Origin: Candidatus Versatilivorator sp. | Lineage (GTDB): Bacteria; Acidobacteriota; Terriglobia; Versatilivoradales; Versatilivoraceae | DNA length: 64,000 nt | Assembly (NCBI GenBank): GCA_965207735.1 | Contig: OZ242296.1 | Coordinates: 1,309,808-1,373,807 of the forward strand | Direction of reading: 5' to 3' | Shown: in pieces, positions 47,254 to 57,693 of the stretch | Layout: each line of letters opens with the position of its first letter | Numbering within the stretch: position 1 is the stretch's first letter | Notes under the pieces: generated by a model | Database searches by the model: none | The model's input: only the letters and a program-made list of their open reading frames with translations | What the model was told of the DNA's origin: nothing | Made by a program: the position numbers and the translations under genes

Positions 47254-47969
47254 GTATCACCTTGGCCGGCAGCCTCCAGGCTCGAGTCGGCCGAATTCAC
47301 CGCCGGGGAGATCGCGGATGGAAATGCCATCAACTGCAAGGGTTGGGTCGGAATGGCTCAACGCCGGTGGTGAGAGGGCTCCTTGCACCCATATAACAGG
47401 CTACGGGAGCAAGAATCCAATCGATCCAACAAGGGCAACCGCCAAGCCTGCCGAACAAGGTACTACTGCTTTTCACCATGCCACTAGCGACCCGGTGAGA
47501 AATGCGGGCCGGCAACAGCCGGCGACCCGCACACTCTACCACGAAACCCCCGGCCGTTGAAGACCCGGTCCGGGCACGGAACATGCCTCCCTCCGCGACC
47601 CTCTCAACGGCCTGCGGATCCCGACCCGGAGGCGATTCGAGAGCGGTTTCCGTTGCAGTCCGCCCGAACCGTCCCGAGCTGAAACCCTTCGACCCACCTT
47701 GACATCTGCGCCTTTTTTGTCAATGATCCATCCCGGCTAAGGCGACCGAGGGCGCCACGGAACGACCGCCGTCCATAGAGAACCCGGAATTCCCGCCCGC
47801 GCGATCAAGCCCAGCTGTAGCAAACCTCAAACCGGCTGCGCCCCACCCTGAAATCCACGGTATCCCGGGGCGCCGCATTCCCCTTATGCGACGCCGACCT
47901 GCGAACTTTCCCGAGGCGGTTGCGTTCGGAATTGATTCTTGGAGCCCATTTGAATGAGGAGTTGATTGG

Positions 47970-50102
47970 ATGATGCAAACTTGGATGACCTACTTTCCGA
48001 TTGCAGGACTCATTGGGTTGGCCGTTGCCATGGTCATATTTATTTCCCTCAAGCGATTGCCGGCCGGCAGCGAGTTGATGCGCGGTATTTCAGACCAGAT
48101 CCAAATTGGCGCCATGACTTACCTGAAGCGCCAATATCTGACTCTTTTCTTCTTTGTCACCATTGTCGCCGTCCTTCTGGGCCTGTTCTTGAAGTGGGAC
48201 ACTTCGCTTGCCTTTGTTTCAGGCGCTCTCTGCTCGGCATTGGCAGGCTTCCTGGGAATGAGGGCGGCCACCAGCGCCAACGTCAGGACCACCCAGGCGG
48301 CCAAGGAGGAGGGACAGGGCAAGGCGTTGCTCACCGCCTTTAACGGCGGCGCCGTCATGGGAGTGAGTGTCGCCAGCCTGGGATTGATCGGCCTGGGCGT
48401 GCTGTTTCTGATCTATGGAAAGCCGGAAACCGCCAGCGTCATCAACGGATTTGCCATGGGAGCCAGCTCCATTGCGCTGTTTGCTCGAGTCGGAGGTGGA
48501 ATCTATACCAAGGCAGCCGATGTTGGAGCCGACCTGGTGGGAAAGGTGGAGGCCAATATCCCGGAGGACGATCCAAGAAACCCCGGCGTGATTGCCGACA
48601 ACGTCGGTGACAACGTGGGGGACGTGGCCGGCATGGGAGCGGACATTTTCGAGTCCTATGTCGGTTCGATCGTGGCGACCATTGCTATCGGAGCCACCCT
48701 GGCCACCGAAAAGCTGGCATCCCTGAAAGCAACGCCTCAGGTGAGCGACTCGGAAGCCACCACCATCCTGATGGCCCTGCCATTGATGCTGGCGGTCACC
48801 GGCCTGATTGCCTCCTTCGTAGGCATCTTCTCCATGAAGGCCCTCAAACGGATCTCCCCCGCCTCGGCGCTTCGCTACGCGACCTATATCGCGGCTGCCC
48901 TGTTCCTGTTGAGCGCCTACGGCCTGGTCTCGACCTATGCCGTGAGCGACCAGGTATTCTGGGCGATCCTTTGGGGCACCCTGGCCGGCATCTTCATTGG
49001 GTTGATTACCGAGTACTACACCTCCGGTAAACCCATTCGAAGAATCTGCGACTCCAGCAAACAGGGGGCGGCAACCAACATCATCAGCGGCATGGCGGTG
49101 GGTCTGGAGTCCACCGCGTTGCCGGTCCTGGCGATTTGCCTGGCCATCTACATCGCCAATGACACCGCCGGCCTCTACGGGGTCGGGATTGCCGCGGTCG
49201 GGATGCTGGCAACCGTGGGCATCACCATGTCCGTCGACGCCTACGGGCCCATCGCGGACAATGCCGGGGGCATATCGGAGATGTCGCGCCTGGGGCCCGA
49301 GGTGCGCAAGATCACCGACAGCCTGGACGCCCTGGGGAACACGACAGCGGCCATGGGCAAGGGTTTTGCCGTGGGTTCGGCCGCCCTTACGGCACTGGCG
49401 CTGTTTGCCGCCTACTCTCAGGCAGTGGTTGGTGCGATCCAGAGCAAACTGGAGGCACTGACGAGCGCACAAACGGAACTCACCGGTCAATGGATGCAGT
49501 ATGCACACCGGCTGGCCGAAGGAGAGACACCGCTCCGGATCGTGATCACCGAGCCTACGGTGGTGATCGGACTCTTCATCGGTGGAATTCTACCCTTCTT
49601 GATTGGTGCTCTCACCATGACTTCAGTCGGAAAGGCCGCAGGCAATATGGTCGAGGAGATTCGCCGCCAGTTCCGGGAAATCCCGGGCCTGCTGGAAGGC
49701 AAGGAAGGGGTGGTTCCCGACGCTGCCCGGTGCGTGGATATCTCCGCCAGCGCAGCACTGCGCGAGATGATCGTTCCCGGAGTCACCGCGGTGGTGGCTC
49801 CGGTGATCGTCGGCTTTCTGCTGGGACCGGAAGCTCTGGGAGGCATGCTGGCCGGGGCTACCGTTTCGGGGGTGTTGCTGGCGTTAATGATGGCCAACGC
49901 CGGAGGAGCCTGGGACAACGCCAAGAAGGCCATCGAGAAAGGCGACGTGGCCGGAGAACAGAAGGGCAGCGATGCTCACAAGGCCACGGTGGTGGGAGAT
50001 ACGGTGGGAGATCCCTTCAAGGACACTTCCGGACCCTCCATGAATATCCTGATCAAGCTGATGTCGGTGGTGTCCCTGGTGATCGCCCCCCTACTGGTCT
50101 AA
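47970..50102 (+). CDS. hppA: membrane-bound proton/sodium-translocating pyrophosphatase (V-type H+-PPase)
   Basis: 710 aa. [17 protein letters not shown] and DNVGDNVGD signature motifs. AGGAG RBS. Confidence 0.95.
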   Translation: MMQTWMTYFPIAGLIGLAVAMVIFISLKRLPAGSELMRGISDQIQIGAMTYLKRQYLTLFFFVTIVAVLLGLFLKWDTSLAFVSGALCSALAGFLGMRAATSANVRTTQAAKEEGQGKALLTAFNGGAVMGVSVASLGLIGLGVLFLIYGKPETASVINGFAMGASSIALFARVGGGIYTKAADVGADLVGKVEANIPEDDPRNPGVIADNVGDNVGDVAGMGADIFESYVGSIVATIAIGATLATEKLASLKATPQVSDSEATTILMALPLMLAVTGLIASFVGIFSMKALKRISPASALRYATYIAAALFLLSAYGLVSTYAVSDQVFWAILWGTLAGIFIGLITEYYTSGKPIRRICDSSKQGAATNIISGMAVGLESTALPVLAICLAIYIANDTAGLYGVGIAAVGMLATVGITMSVDAYGPIADNAGGISEMSRLGPEVRKITDSLDALGNTTAAMGKGFAVGSAALTALALFAAYSQAVVGAIQSKLEALTSAQTELTGQWMQYAHRLAEGETPLRIVITEPTVVIGLFIGGILPFLIGALTMTSVGKAAGNMVEEIRRQFREIPGLLEGKEGVVPDAARCVDISASAALREMIVPGVTAVVAPVIVGFLLGPEALGGMLAGATVSGVLLALMMANAGGAWDNAKKAIEKGDVAGEQKGSDAHKATVVGDTVGDPFKDTSGPSMNILIKLMSVVSLVIAPLLV

Positions 50103-50195
50103 CCCAAAGCGCGCCCCTCGTCGCCCGGGGGGGGCGGCTTGACGCCCGAGTCGGTCGCGTGTATAAAATGCGGCCAGTGCTGGGGTTTGCGATCA

Positions 50196-50271
50196 GGCGA
50201 GGTACCCAAGTGGCTAAGGGAGAGGTCTGCAAAACCTTTATTCAGGGGTTCGAATCCCCTCCTCGCCTCCA
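50196..50271 (+). tRNA. tRNA-Cys (anticodon GCA)
   Basis: Cloverleaf: acceptor GGCGAGG/CCTCGCC, 3-bp D stem, anticodon stem GAGGT/ACCTT, loop CUGCAAA, T arm AGGGG-TTCGAAT-CCCCT, discriminator U73, encoded CCA. Confidence 0.9.
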
Positions 50272-50290
50272 GACTCTCCTTTCTTCGACT

Positions 50291-50432
50291 CCGCATTATC
50301 AAGAAATTCGTTTTGTGACTCTTGTGCTTTTTGTGGTGAATCCGCATTACTTGCCAGACCGCACCCGATATTGAAAACGGCAGGACATCACGTTTGCCGG
50401 CAAAATGACCTGCCCCTGCCAATTGTGCAAAA
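50291..50432 (+). repeat. dispersed ~140-bp repeat (family G2) immediately 3' of tRNA-Cys
   Basis: aattcgttttgtg(actcttgtg)ctttttgtggtgaa...cgcacccgatattgaaaacggcag.a.atcacgtttgccggcaaaatgacctgcccc... ~85% identical to 59757-59895. A related divergent copy lies at 3700-3900. Confidence 0.45.
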
Positions 50433-50544
50433 AGCTCGGTCTGTCAGCGGAGTTGCAACTTGTCTGATGTCATCAGCGGAATAGCGCGGGGAGACGCGGC
50501 TTTCTCCCACCGAACAGTCGTTCTGGCAGCTCGCCCCCCAGGGC

Positions 50545-51509
50545 ATGCCCAAGTTGTCGGATTTTGAACTGGTCACCTCCCAACTTCCGGCTCCCGGCCC
50601 GGGACAATGCCTCGTCCGCGGGCTCTACCTCTCCCTCGATCCCTATATGCGCGGGCGCATGGACGACCGTAAATCCTATGCGGAATCGGTGCAGGTGGGG
50701 CAGGCGATGATCGGTCAGGTCGTGGGGAGGGTGGTGGTCTCGCAGCATCCGGGCCTTCAGCCCGGAGATCCGGTAGTGGGAGATTTGGGTTGGCAGGAGC
50801 TCGCAGTCGCGCCGGCCGAGTCGTTGACCCGAGTGAACCGGAACAGGAATCGCTTTCCACGGCTCTGGGCATCCTGGGGATGACCGGCCTGACGGCCTAC
50901 TTTGGGCTGCTGCACGTGTGCCAGCCGCACGCGGGAGAAACGGTGGTGATCTCGGGAGCCGCCGGAGCGGTTGGATCCACCGTCGGACAGATTGCCAAGA
51001 TCAAGGGATGCCGCGTGGTTGCTGTGACAGGCTCTCAAACCAAGGCGCGCTACCTCAAGGAGCAGATGGGATTCGATGAGGCGCTGGTGTGGGATTCGGA
51101 GCCCAGTGGCCCGAGCCGCCTGGCGGCCCACTGCCCCGACGGCATCGATGTCTACTTCGACAACCTGGGCGGCGCGGTCACCGATGCGGTGGTGACGCTG
51201 CTCAACCTGAAGGCTCGGGTGGCCATCTGCGGGCAGAGTTCTCAATACAACCTGGATCGTGCCGAGCAAGGGCCGCGCTGGTTGCGAAACCTGATTATCA
51301 AGCGGGCCAGGATCCAAGGGTTTCTGGTGTGGGACTTTGTGTCACAGCATCCTCAAGCCTTGCGGCAGCTGCGGGACTGGCGCAGTTCCGGCAAGCTACG
51401 CAACCGGGAGCACGTGGTTGAGGGTATCGAAAACGCCCCCGGCGCCTTCATCGAGATGCTGGAGGGCCGTCACCTGGGAAAGTACCTGGTCCGGCTGTCT
51501 CCGGAGTGA
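50545..51509 (+). pseudogene. NADP-dependent oxidoreductase (zinc-free MDR, CurA/YncB/alkenal reductase-like) with a frameshift near 50830
   Basis: ORF 50545-50883 carries the N-terminal domain (...GDLGWQELAVAPAESL). ORF 50790-51509 carries the Rossmann domain (GMTGLTAYFGL...GAAGAVGSTVGQIAKIKGCRVV). The two frames overlap and together form one normal-length enzyme. Confidence 0.7.
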
Positions 51510-51652
51510 TCGCCCATGACTGGGACGACCAAGCCAAATGGCACCGCTGCATGGAGCTGTTGGCCAACCAGGTGGTTCCGGCGCTCTCCCGCTGATTCCC
51601 TTGCCTGGTGTCCTGTCTCGGAAATACGAACCGTGATACCCGAACGACAGGG

Positions 51653-52438
51653 TCAGGACATGACCATGCCGCCGCAAATGTTGAAGGCTTGCCCGGTAAT
51701 GGCGGCCGACTCGTCAGAGGCCAGCAGTACCGCCATCGGAACGATTTCCTCAGGTTGCAGCCGCCTCCCGATTGGAGTGAGACCCGCCTCCAGTTCCGCG
51801 AACTCGATTCCCATGCGCTGGGAGTCATAGCGGATTCGTCGATCGTTCATCTCGGTCTGCACGGGACCGGGACAGATGGCGTTGACCGTGATGCCCTCCT
51901 TGGCTATTTCCAGGGCCAGGGTGCGGGTGAGCCCCAGCAGCCCGTGCTTGGAGGCTGCGTAGGCCACTCCGTGGAATTGAGGCATCCTGGAGGCTATCGA
52001 GGCGATGTTGACGATGCGGCCCCGCTTCCTCTTGGCCATGGACGGCAGAACCGCCTTGCACAGCAGGTAGGGAGCGGTCAGGTTCAGGGCCAGAGAACGA
52101 TGCCAGAACTCGTCGTCAAAATCGCTGACCGGCTTGGGATTCGAGCTGCTGCCCAACCCGGCGTTGTTGACCAGGATGTCCAGGCTTCCAAATTCCTTTT
52201 CGGCCAGGCCGACCAAGCCCGGGACTGTGGACAAATCCAGCAGGTCGGCCGGAATGGCCACGGCTTCCCCTCCTGAAGCCCGAATCTCATGAACCAGTGA
52301 ATCCAGATCTTGCACGGTTCGGGCCGTGACGGCCACCCGGGCGCCTTGGGCGGCAAATCCCAGGGCGATGGATCGCCCGATGCCGCGGCTGGCTCCGGTG
52401 ATCAGAGCGGTCTTGTCTTTCAACTTGAGTGATTCCAT
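51653..52438 (-). CDS. SDR-family oxidoreductase (3-oxoacyl-ACP reductase-like)
   Basis: TGASRGIGRSIA cofactor motif, NNAG, YAASK catalytic motif. Confidence 0.85.
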   Translation of the reverse strand: MESLKLKDKTALITGASRGIGRSIALGFAAQGARVAVTARTVQDLDSLVHEIRASGGEAVAIPADLLDLSTVPGLVGLAEKEFGSLDILVNNAGLGSSSNPKPVSDFDDEFWHRSLALNLTAPYLLCKAVLPSMAKRKRGRIVNIASIASRMPQFHGVAYAASKHGLLGLTRTLALEIAKEGITVNAICPGPVQTEMNDRRIRYDSQRMGIEFAELEAGLTPIGRRLQPEEIVPMAVLLASDESAAITGQAFNICGGMVMS

Positions 52439-52749
52439 CGGTTGGATCCTTTCCTGATTTTCAGCCTGATTGGTGGAGTGGAAAGAATACCCTCAAGCAG
52501 GCTTCCTTTCAATCGGAGGAAACGGGTCTGTTTCGACTCTCCAACCCCATCGGGCCTCGGCCGGTCCAGATATCCCAGGCTGTCCCTCGGGAGTAGAGTC
52601 CTGCACGATAACCGGCGCCATGGGGCTTCCTGCAAGGGTTCTCAACCCGCTGTCTCAAGGACCCGGAACCAGCACAAATCCTTGACATTGATGGCAAAAG
52701 GGGCTAGGTTGGCGCGACCCGGCAATCGGAGGGCTGGAGACCATCCGGA

Positions 52750-54576
52750 ATGCAAAAGTGGCCGTTCTTCAGCCATATCAAGCCCTTTCTTCCACTCATC
52801 GCGGCAGCCACCCTGCTGATGGGTCTGGCGACGAGCCTCAAGGGCTTCATGGCCAGCCTGGTCAAACCGGTGCTGGATTACGTTCTCGTTCCCGATCCTC
52901 CAATTCGCGTACCTCTCGGAACGCTGCCCATCCTTTGCAAGGAAGTCTACCTGGAACAGATCAATCCTTTTCCCTTTGAGGCTCCCTGGCTGGTGGTGGG
53001 ACTGCTGGGAGTTCTGGCCGCACTGGCCAAAGGAGTGTCCGAATACAGCTCGACCTATATCCTCAACTACGTGGGTCAGTCCAGCGTGGCACGCCTGAGG
53101 GCGACTGCTTACGAAAATGTGGTCTATCAGTCGTCCCATTTCTTCTACAAGCACACCACCGGCAATCTCATCTCCCGGATTACCAACGACATCGAAAAGA
53201 TTCAGTTCGCGTTCTCAACCAATCTGGCCGACGCCCTGAAGCAAACGCTGACGTTGGTGACGTTTCTCACCATACTTTTTTTTCTCGACTGGAAGCTGGC
53301 CCTCATCATATTCCTGGCAGCACCCCTGATCGTTCTTCCCTCCAGGATCCTGGGCCAGTTTGTGCGGCAACTCAGCCGGGCCAGCCAGGAAAAGCTGGGT
53401 CAGGTCGCCGAGATTCTTCAGGAAAGCATCAGCGGCCAGCGTATCGTCAAGGCCTTCTCCATGGAGCAGTTCGAGCTGAACAGGTTTCGGCGCGCAGTTC
53501 GACAGGTGGCCAGGATCAATCTCAGGCACCTTCGTCTGCAGGCGCTGCCGTCTCCACTCATGGAGCTGTTGGGAGCCGTGCTGCTGGTGCCTCTGCTTTA
53601 CTACGCCCAGCAGGCGATCTCACAGGGCCGGATGAGCCAGGGAGATTTCGGCTTTTTTTTCGTGGCTCTGCTGAGCCTGTACGAACCCATTCGGCGCATG
53701 AGCGGCATCTACATGAACTTTCAACATGCCAGAGGCGCGTCCGGCAAGGTCTTCCAGATCATGTCCGAGCCTCGCCAGGTGGTGGAAGAGCCCGATGCCG
53801 CCGAGCTGGCCGATATTCAACACCAGATCGAGTTCCGGCGGGTGAGCTTCAACTACCCGGAGAGCGGCCTCCCGGTGTTGCAAGGCATCAACCTGAGAGT
53901 CGGCCGCGGCGAAGTGGTGGCCCTGGTCGGACCCAGCGGTTCGGGCAAAACCAGCCTGGTCAATCTCATCCCCCGCTTTTTCGATCCGACCGAGGGCCAG
54001 GTGCTGATCGACGGGATCGATATTCGGCAACTCAAGCTGTCCTCGCTGCGTGGCTTGATGGGGATGGTGACTCAGGAGACCATCCTCTTCAATGACACGC
54101 TGCGCAACAACATCTGTTACGGCAGAACCCAGGTGACGGAGACCGAGATGCGTCGGGCGGCCCGGGCGGCCCTGGCCGAGGAGTTCATCCTGGAGCTTCC
54201 CAGCCGATACGAGGCCACCATCGGCGAGCGCGGCCAGCAACTCTCGGGGGGGCAGCGGCAGAGGTTGGCCATAGCTCGTGCGCTTCTGAAGAATGCTCCC
54301 ATTCTGATTCTGGACGAAGCCACCTCTTCCCTGGATACCGAGGCCGAGATTCTGGTGCAGCGAGCACTGGCCAATCTCATGCGCGGGCGAACAGTGATTG
54401 TGATTGCCCACCGGCTCTCCACCATTCGACGGGCCGATCGTATTGTAGTCATCGAGCAGGGAAAGATTACCGAGGTGGGGACTCACTCCGACCTGATGGA
54501 GAAGCGAGGACTGTACCAGCGGCTGCACGATCTTCAGGTGGAAGGCGACGAACCCGAAGTGCCGCCCCTCTCTTGA
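52750..54576 (+). CDS. ABC transporter permease/ATPase, MsbA-like lipid exporter
   Basis: 608 aa. Six-TM domain then Walker A GPSGSGKTS, signature LSGGQRQR, Walker B ILILDEATS. Confidence 0.85.
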   Translation: MQKWPFFSHIKPFLPLIAAATLLMGLATSLKGFMASLVKPVLDYVLVPDPPIRVPLGTLPILCKEVYLEQINPFPFEAPWLVVGLLGVLAALAKGVSEYSSTYILNYVGQSSVARLRATAYENVVYQSSHFFYKHTTGNLISRITNDIEKIQFAFSTNLADALKQTLTLVTFLTILFFLDWKLALIIFLAAPLIVLPSRILGQFVRQLSRASQEKLGQVAEILQESISGQRIVKAFSMEQFELNRFRRAVRQVARINLRHLRLQALPSPLMELLGAVLLVPLLYYAQQAISQGRMSQGDFGFFFVALLSLYEPIRRMSGIYMNFQHARGASGKVFQIMSEPRQVVEEPDAAELADIQHQIEFRRVSFNYPESGLPVLQGINLRVGRGEVVALVGPSGSGKTSLVNLIPRFFDPTEGQVLIDGIDIRQLKLSSLRGLMGMVTQETILFNDTLRNNICYGRTQVTETEMRRAARAALAEEFILELPSRYEATIGERGQQLSGGQRQRLAIARALLKNAPILILDEATSSLDTEAEILVQRALANLMRGRTVIVIAHRLSTIRRADRIVVIEQGKITEVGTHSDLMEKRGLYQRLHDLQVEGDEPEVPPLS

Positions 54577-54631
54577 CCGGAATGACCTGTATCCCTCGGG
54601 TTCCGGAGCCGACAGCAATAAACGGGTGCTC

Positions 54632-55528
54632 ATGATCCATAGCATGACCGGATATGGTCGAGGCCAGTGGCAGGAGGAGAGTTGGCTCTGCCGGGTCGAG
54701 GTCAAGTCAGTCAATCACCGCTACCTGGACATCCACAACCGGCTGCCTTCCGAGTTCTCAAGCCTGGACGGCAAGGTCAGAAAGTGGGTCCAGGAACGAA
54801 TCAAGCGAGGTCGCATCGATCTCTTCCTGAAGATCGAAAACGGGGACGACCCGGGATTCAGCCTCAATCGACCGCTATTGGAGGGCTATCTGGACGCTCT
54901 GAGGCTTCTGCAAAAGGACTATTCCATAGGGGGAAACGTCGACCCGAGCCAGCTTCTGAGAATGCCTGGATTGCTGGCCCAGGAGTCGGTCCCTGTTTCG
55001 GATGCACAGTCGGCCGGGCTCGAGGCCGGGATCGCCAGCGCCGTGGGCCAGGCCCTGAGCGACCTGGTGACCATGCGGAGAACGGAGGGCCAGGTTCTGG
55101 AGGCTGAAATCCGGCAGCACCTGGACGCCCTGGAGACAGAAGCCCAACGAATTGAGACTCAGACGGAAGGGCTGCTGGAGCTGCATCGAGACCGTCTGAA
55201 GGCTCGCATGGAGACCATCCTTGCCGAGGTTGAGGTCGACCCGGCCCGCCTGCTTCAAGAGGCCGCCCACCAGGCCGAGCGCGGAGATATCCGAGAGGAA
55301 GTATCCCGGCTGTTCAGCCACGTGGCACAGTGTCGAGTTCTGTTGTCGAGCTCAGGCGAAGTGGGCAAGAAAATCGATTTCATGATGCAGGAAATGAACC
55401 GCGAGGCCAACACCATCCTGTCCAAGAATTCCGGCTTGGCGGACCGCAGACTGGATATCACCAATGCGGCCATCACGATCAAGACCGAGATCGAAAAAAT
55501 TCGCGAGCAGATCCAGAATGTGGAATGA
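54632..55528 (+). CDS. yicC: YicC-family stress-induced protein (DUF1732)
   Basis: MIHSMTGYGRG N-terminus and conserved C-terminal region. Confidence 0.8.
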   Translation: MIHSMTGYGRGQWQEESWLCRVEVKSVNHRYLDIHNRLPSEFSSLDGKVRKWVQERIKRGRIDLFLKIENGDDPGFSLNRPLLEGYLDALRLLQKDYSIGGNVDPSQLLRMPGLLAQESVPVSDAQSAGLEAGIASAVGQALSDLVTMRRTEGQVLEAEIRQHLDALETEAQRIETQTEGLLELHRDRLKARMETILAEVEVDPARLLQEAAHQAERGDIREEVSRLFSHVAQCRVLLSSSGEVGKKIDFMMQEMNREANTILSKNSGLADRRLDITNAAITIKTEIEKIREQIQNVE

Positions 55529-55570
55529 GTTGGTGTTCTGTCTCAGAAACAGGGTTGTGAAATCAGGAAA

Positions 55571-56206
55571 ATGAAGGCAAAGGGACAGATCTTTGTCGTG
55601 TCGGCCCCGTCCGGATCGGGCAAGACCACGTTGTTGAGAAAACTCCTGGAGGAAGATGAGCGATTGAGCTTCTCGGTGTCCCACACCACCCGAAAACCGA
55701 GAGGCCGGGAGCAAGACGGCAAGGAGTATTTCTTCGTCAGCGAGGCGGAATTCGAAGCCATGATCGACCGCGACCAATTCCTCGAGCATGCCAGGGTCTT
55801 CGGCAATTATTACGGCACCTCGCGGAAGTACGTGGAGGAGTGCATCGCCGCCGGCACCGACCTCCTCCTGGACATCGACACCGATGGGGCTGCTCAGGTA
55901 AGAAGCCGACTTCCCGAGGCCGTGACCATCTTTATCATGCCCCCTTCGTTCCAAGCGCTCAGGCAACGCCTCGAAAAACGCCACCTGGACAGTGCCGAAA
56001 CCATCCGGCAGCGCCTGGAGTGGGCGAGCCGGAAAGAAATCCATCAGTTCCGCCACTACGATTACGTCGTGGTCAACGACCGGATCAGTCGGTCCCACGA
56101 GCAGCTCCGCTCAATCGTGCTGGCGGAGAGATGCCGTCGAGACCGATCGCTTCAACAGATCGAAACTATCCTGAAATCCTTTGGAGGAAATACCAATGAC
56201 CAGTAA
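55571..56206 (+). CDS. gmk: guanylate kinase
   Basis: P-loop SAPSGSGKTTL. GMP-binding motifs (SVSHTTRKPRGRE..G.EYFFVS). Confidence 0.9.
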   Translation: MKAKGQIFVVSAPSGSGKTTLLRKLLEEDERLSFSVSHTTRKPRGREQDGKEYFFVSEAEFEAMIDRDQFLEHARVFGNYYGTSRKYVEECIAAGTDLLLDIDTDGAAQVRSRLPEAVTIFIMPPSFQALRQRLEKRHLDSAETIRQRLEWASRKEIHQFRHYDYVVVNDRISRSHEQLRSIVLAERCRRDRSLQQIETILKSFGGNTNDQ

Positions 56207-56432
56207 CATCGGACAAATCGACAGCAAATTTCGATACATCATTGTGGCGGCCAAGCGAACCAGGCAACTGCAAGGCGGTTCCACCCCACTGGTTCAGGGT
56301 CTGTCGAAAAAATTCACCCGGATCGCCCAAAATGAAGTCGCCGCGGGACTGGTGAACTTTGAGATCGTCGCAGGAGAATCCGAAGAGGAAGAAGAGGCCC
56401 CATCGATCGACGCCGGCCCGATTCCCCATTGA
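56196..56432 (+). CDS. rpoZ: DNA-directed RNA polymerase subunit omega
   Basis: GGAGG RBS before the ATG at 56196. SKFRYIIVAAKRTRQLQ motif. Confidence 0.8.
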   Translation: MTSNIGQIDSKFRYIIVAAKRTRQLQGGSTPLVQGLSKKFTRIAQNEVAAGLVNFEIVAGESEEEEEAPSIDAGPIPH

Positions 56433-56475
56433 GGTTCAACGCCGGCAGGCAGTTTTCCGGAGGCCGTTCAGTCCC

Positions 56476-57693
56476 ATGAATCCGAGCCTGATTGTTTTGG
56501 GTGTCACCGGTTGCATTGCCGCCTACAAATCCGCCGAGCTTCTGCGCCTGCTTCAAAAGCAGGGATTCGAAGTACAGGTGGTCCTCACCGAGCACGCTCA
56601 GGAGTTCGTCACCCCAATGACGCTGGCGGCCTTGAGCCGGCGTCGCGTCATCACGACCCTGTACCAGCAGGAACAGCGCGGTGAAGGCCCCCAAGAAGTG
56701 GCCATAGAACACGTTCAGCTTCCCCAAGCTGCCGGCGCTCTTCTGGTGGCGCCCGCCACGGCCAACTGCCTGGCCAAGTTCGCCGGCGGCATCGCCGACG
56801 ATTTCCTCTCAACCCTTTACCTGGCGACCACCGGTCCGGTGGTTGTGGCTCCCGCCATGAACGTGCATATGTGGAACCATCCGTCGGTGACGGAAAACGT
56901 CGAGCGGCTTCGCTCTCGGGGAGTGATCCTGGTGGACCCGGAAGAGGGCTACCTGGCCGAAGGAATCGAAGGCAAGGGTCGAATGGCCGACCTGGAAACC
57001 ATTGTGAGCGCCGTGGTGAAGGCTGCTCGAGGCACTCGGGATCTGGCCGGAGAGACTGTTCTGGTCACGGCCGGCCCCACGTGCGAAGACATCGACCCCG
57101 TCAGATATCTGACCAACCGGTCCTCCGGGAAGATGGGTTACGAAATTGCCTCCGCGGCTCAGGCTCGCGGAGCCGCAACCATTTTGGTCAGCGGCCCTAC
57201 CCGGCTTCCCCCACCGGCCCAGGTCCGATGCCTCAGCGTGCGTTCCACCGAGGAAATGAAATCCCAGGTGCTCCACCATTTCCCCGGAGCCACCATTGTG
57301 ATCAAGGCTGCCGCAGTGGCCGATTTCAAACCCGACAAGCGGTCCCACCAAAAGTTGAAAAAGGAACAGGCTCCCCAACACCTGTCGCTGGTCCCGACTC
57401 CCGACATCCTGGCTGAGTTGTCCAGCCGCAAGGACAGTCAGATTCTGGTGGGATTCGCCGCCGAGACCGAGCGGGTGCTGGAAAACGCCCGGAAAAAGCT
57501 GGCAGCCAAGAAACTGGACCTCCTGGTGGTGAACGATGTCACCCAGGAGGGGGCGGGTTTTGACGGGGATACCAACGTGGTTACCATGATCACCGGCGAG
57601 GGTTCGGAAATCTCGCTGGGAAAACGTTCCAAGAGAGAGATTGCTCACGCCATCCTGGACCAGGTGGTTGCCTTGAAGAAGCGCCATGCCTGA
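56476..57693 (+). CDS. coaBC: bifunctional phosphopantothenoylcysteine decarboxylase / phosphopantothenate-cysteine ligase
   Basis: Flavoprotein N-domain (VTGCIAAYKS, PAMNVHMW) and CoaB C-domain (LVTAGPT.EDIDPVRYLTNRSSGKMG). Confidence 0.9.
   Translation: MNPSLIVLGVTGCIAAYKSAELLRLLQKQGFEVQVVLTEHAQEFVTPMTLAALSRRRVITTLYQQEQRGEGPQEVAIEHVQLPQAAGALLVAPATANCLAKFAGGIADDFLSTLYLATTGPVVVAPAMNVHMWNHPSVTENVERLRSRGVILVDPEEGYLAEGIEGKGRMADLETIVSAVVKAARGTRDLAGETVLVTAGPTCEDIDPVRYLTNRSSGKMGYEIASAAQARGAATILVSGPTRLPPPAQVRCLSVRSTEEMKSQVLHHFPGATIVIKAAAVADFKPDKRSHQKLKKEQAPQHLSLVPTPDILAELSSRKDSQILVGFAAETERVLENARKKLAAKKLDLLVVNDVTQEGAGFDGDTNVVTMITGEGSEISLGKRSKREIAHAILDQVVALKKRHA

Noticed and set aside
50100-50160. 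Possible terminator hairpin after hppA (cgcccc...ggggcg)
   Set aside because: GC stem present but no downstream U-tract. Not convincing as an intrinsic terminator.
50099-50422. 107-aa minus-strand ORF
   Set aside because: Runs antisense across tRNA-Cys and the G2 repeat (HHKKHKSHK from cacaaaaag repeats). Artefact.
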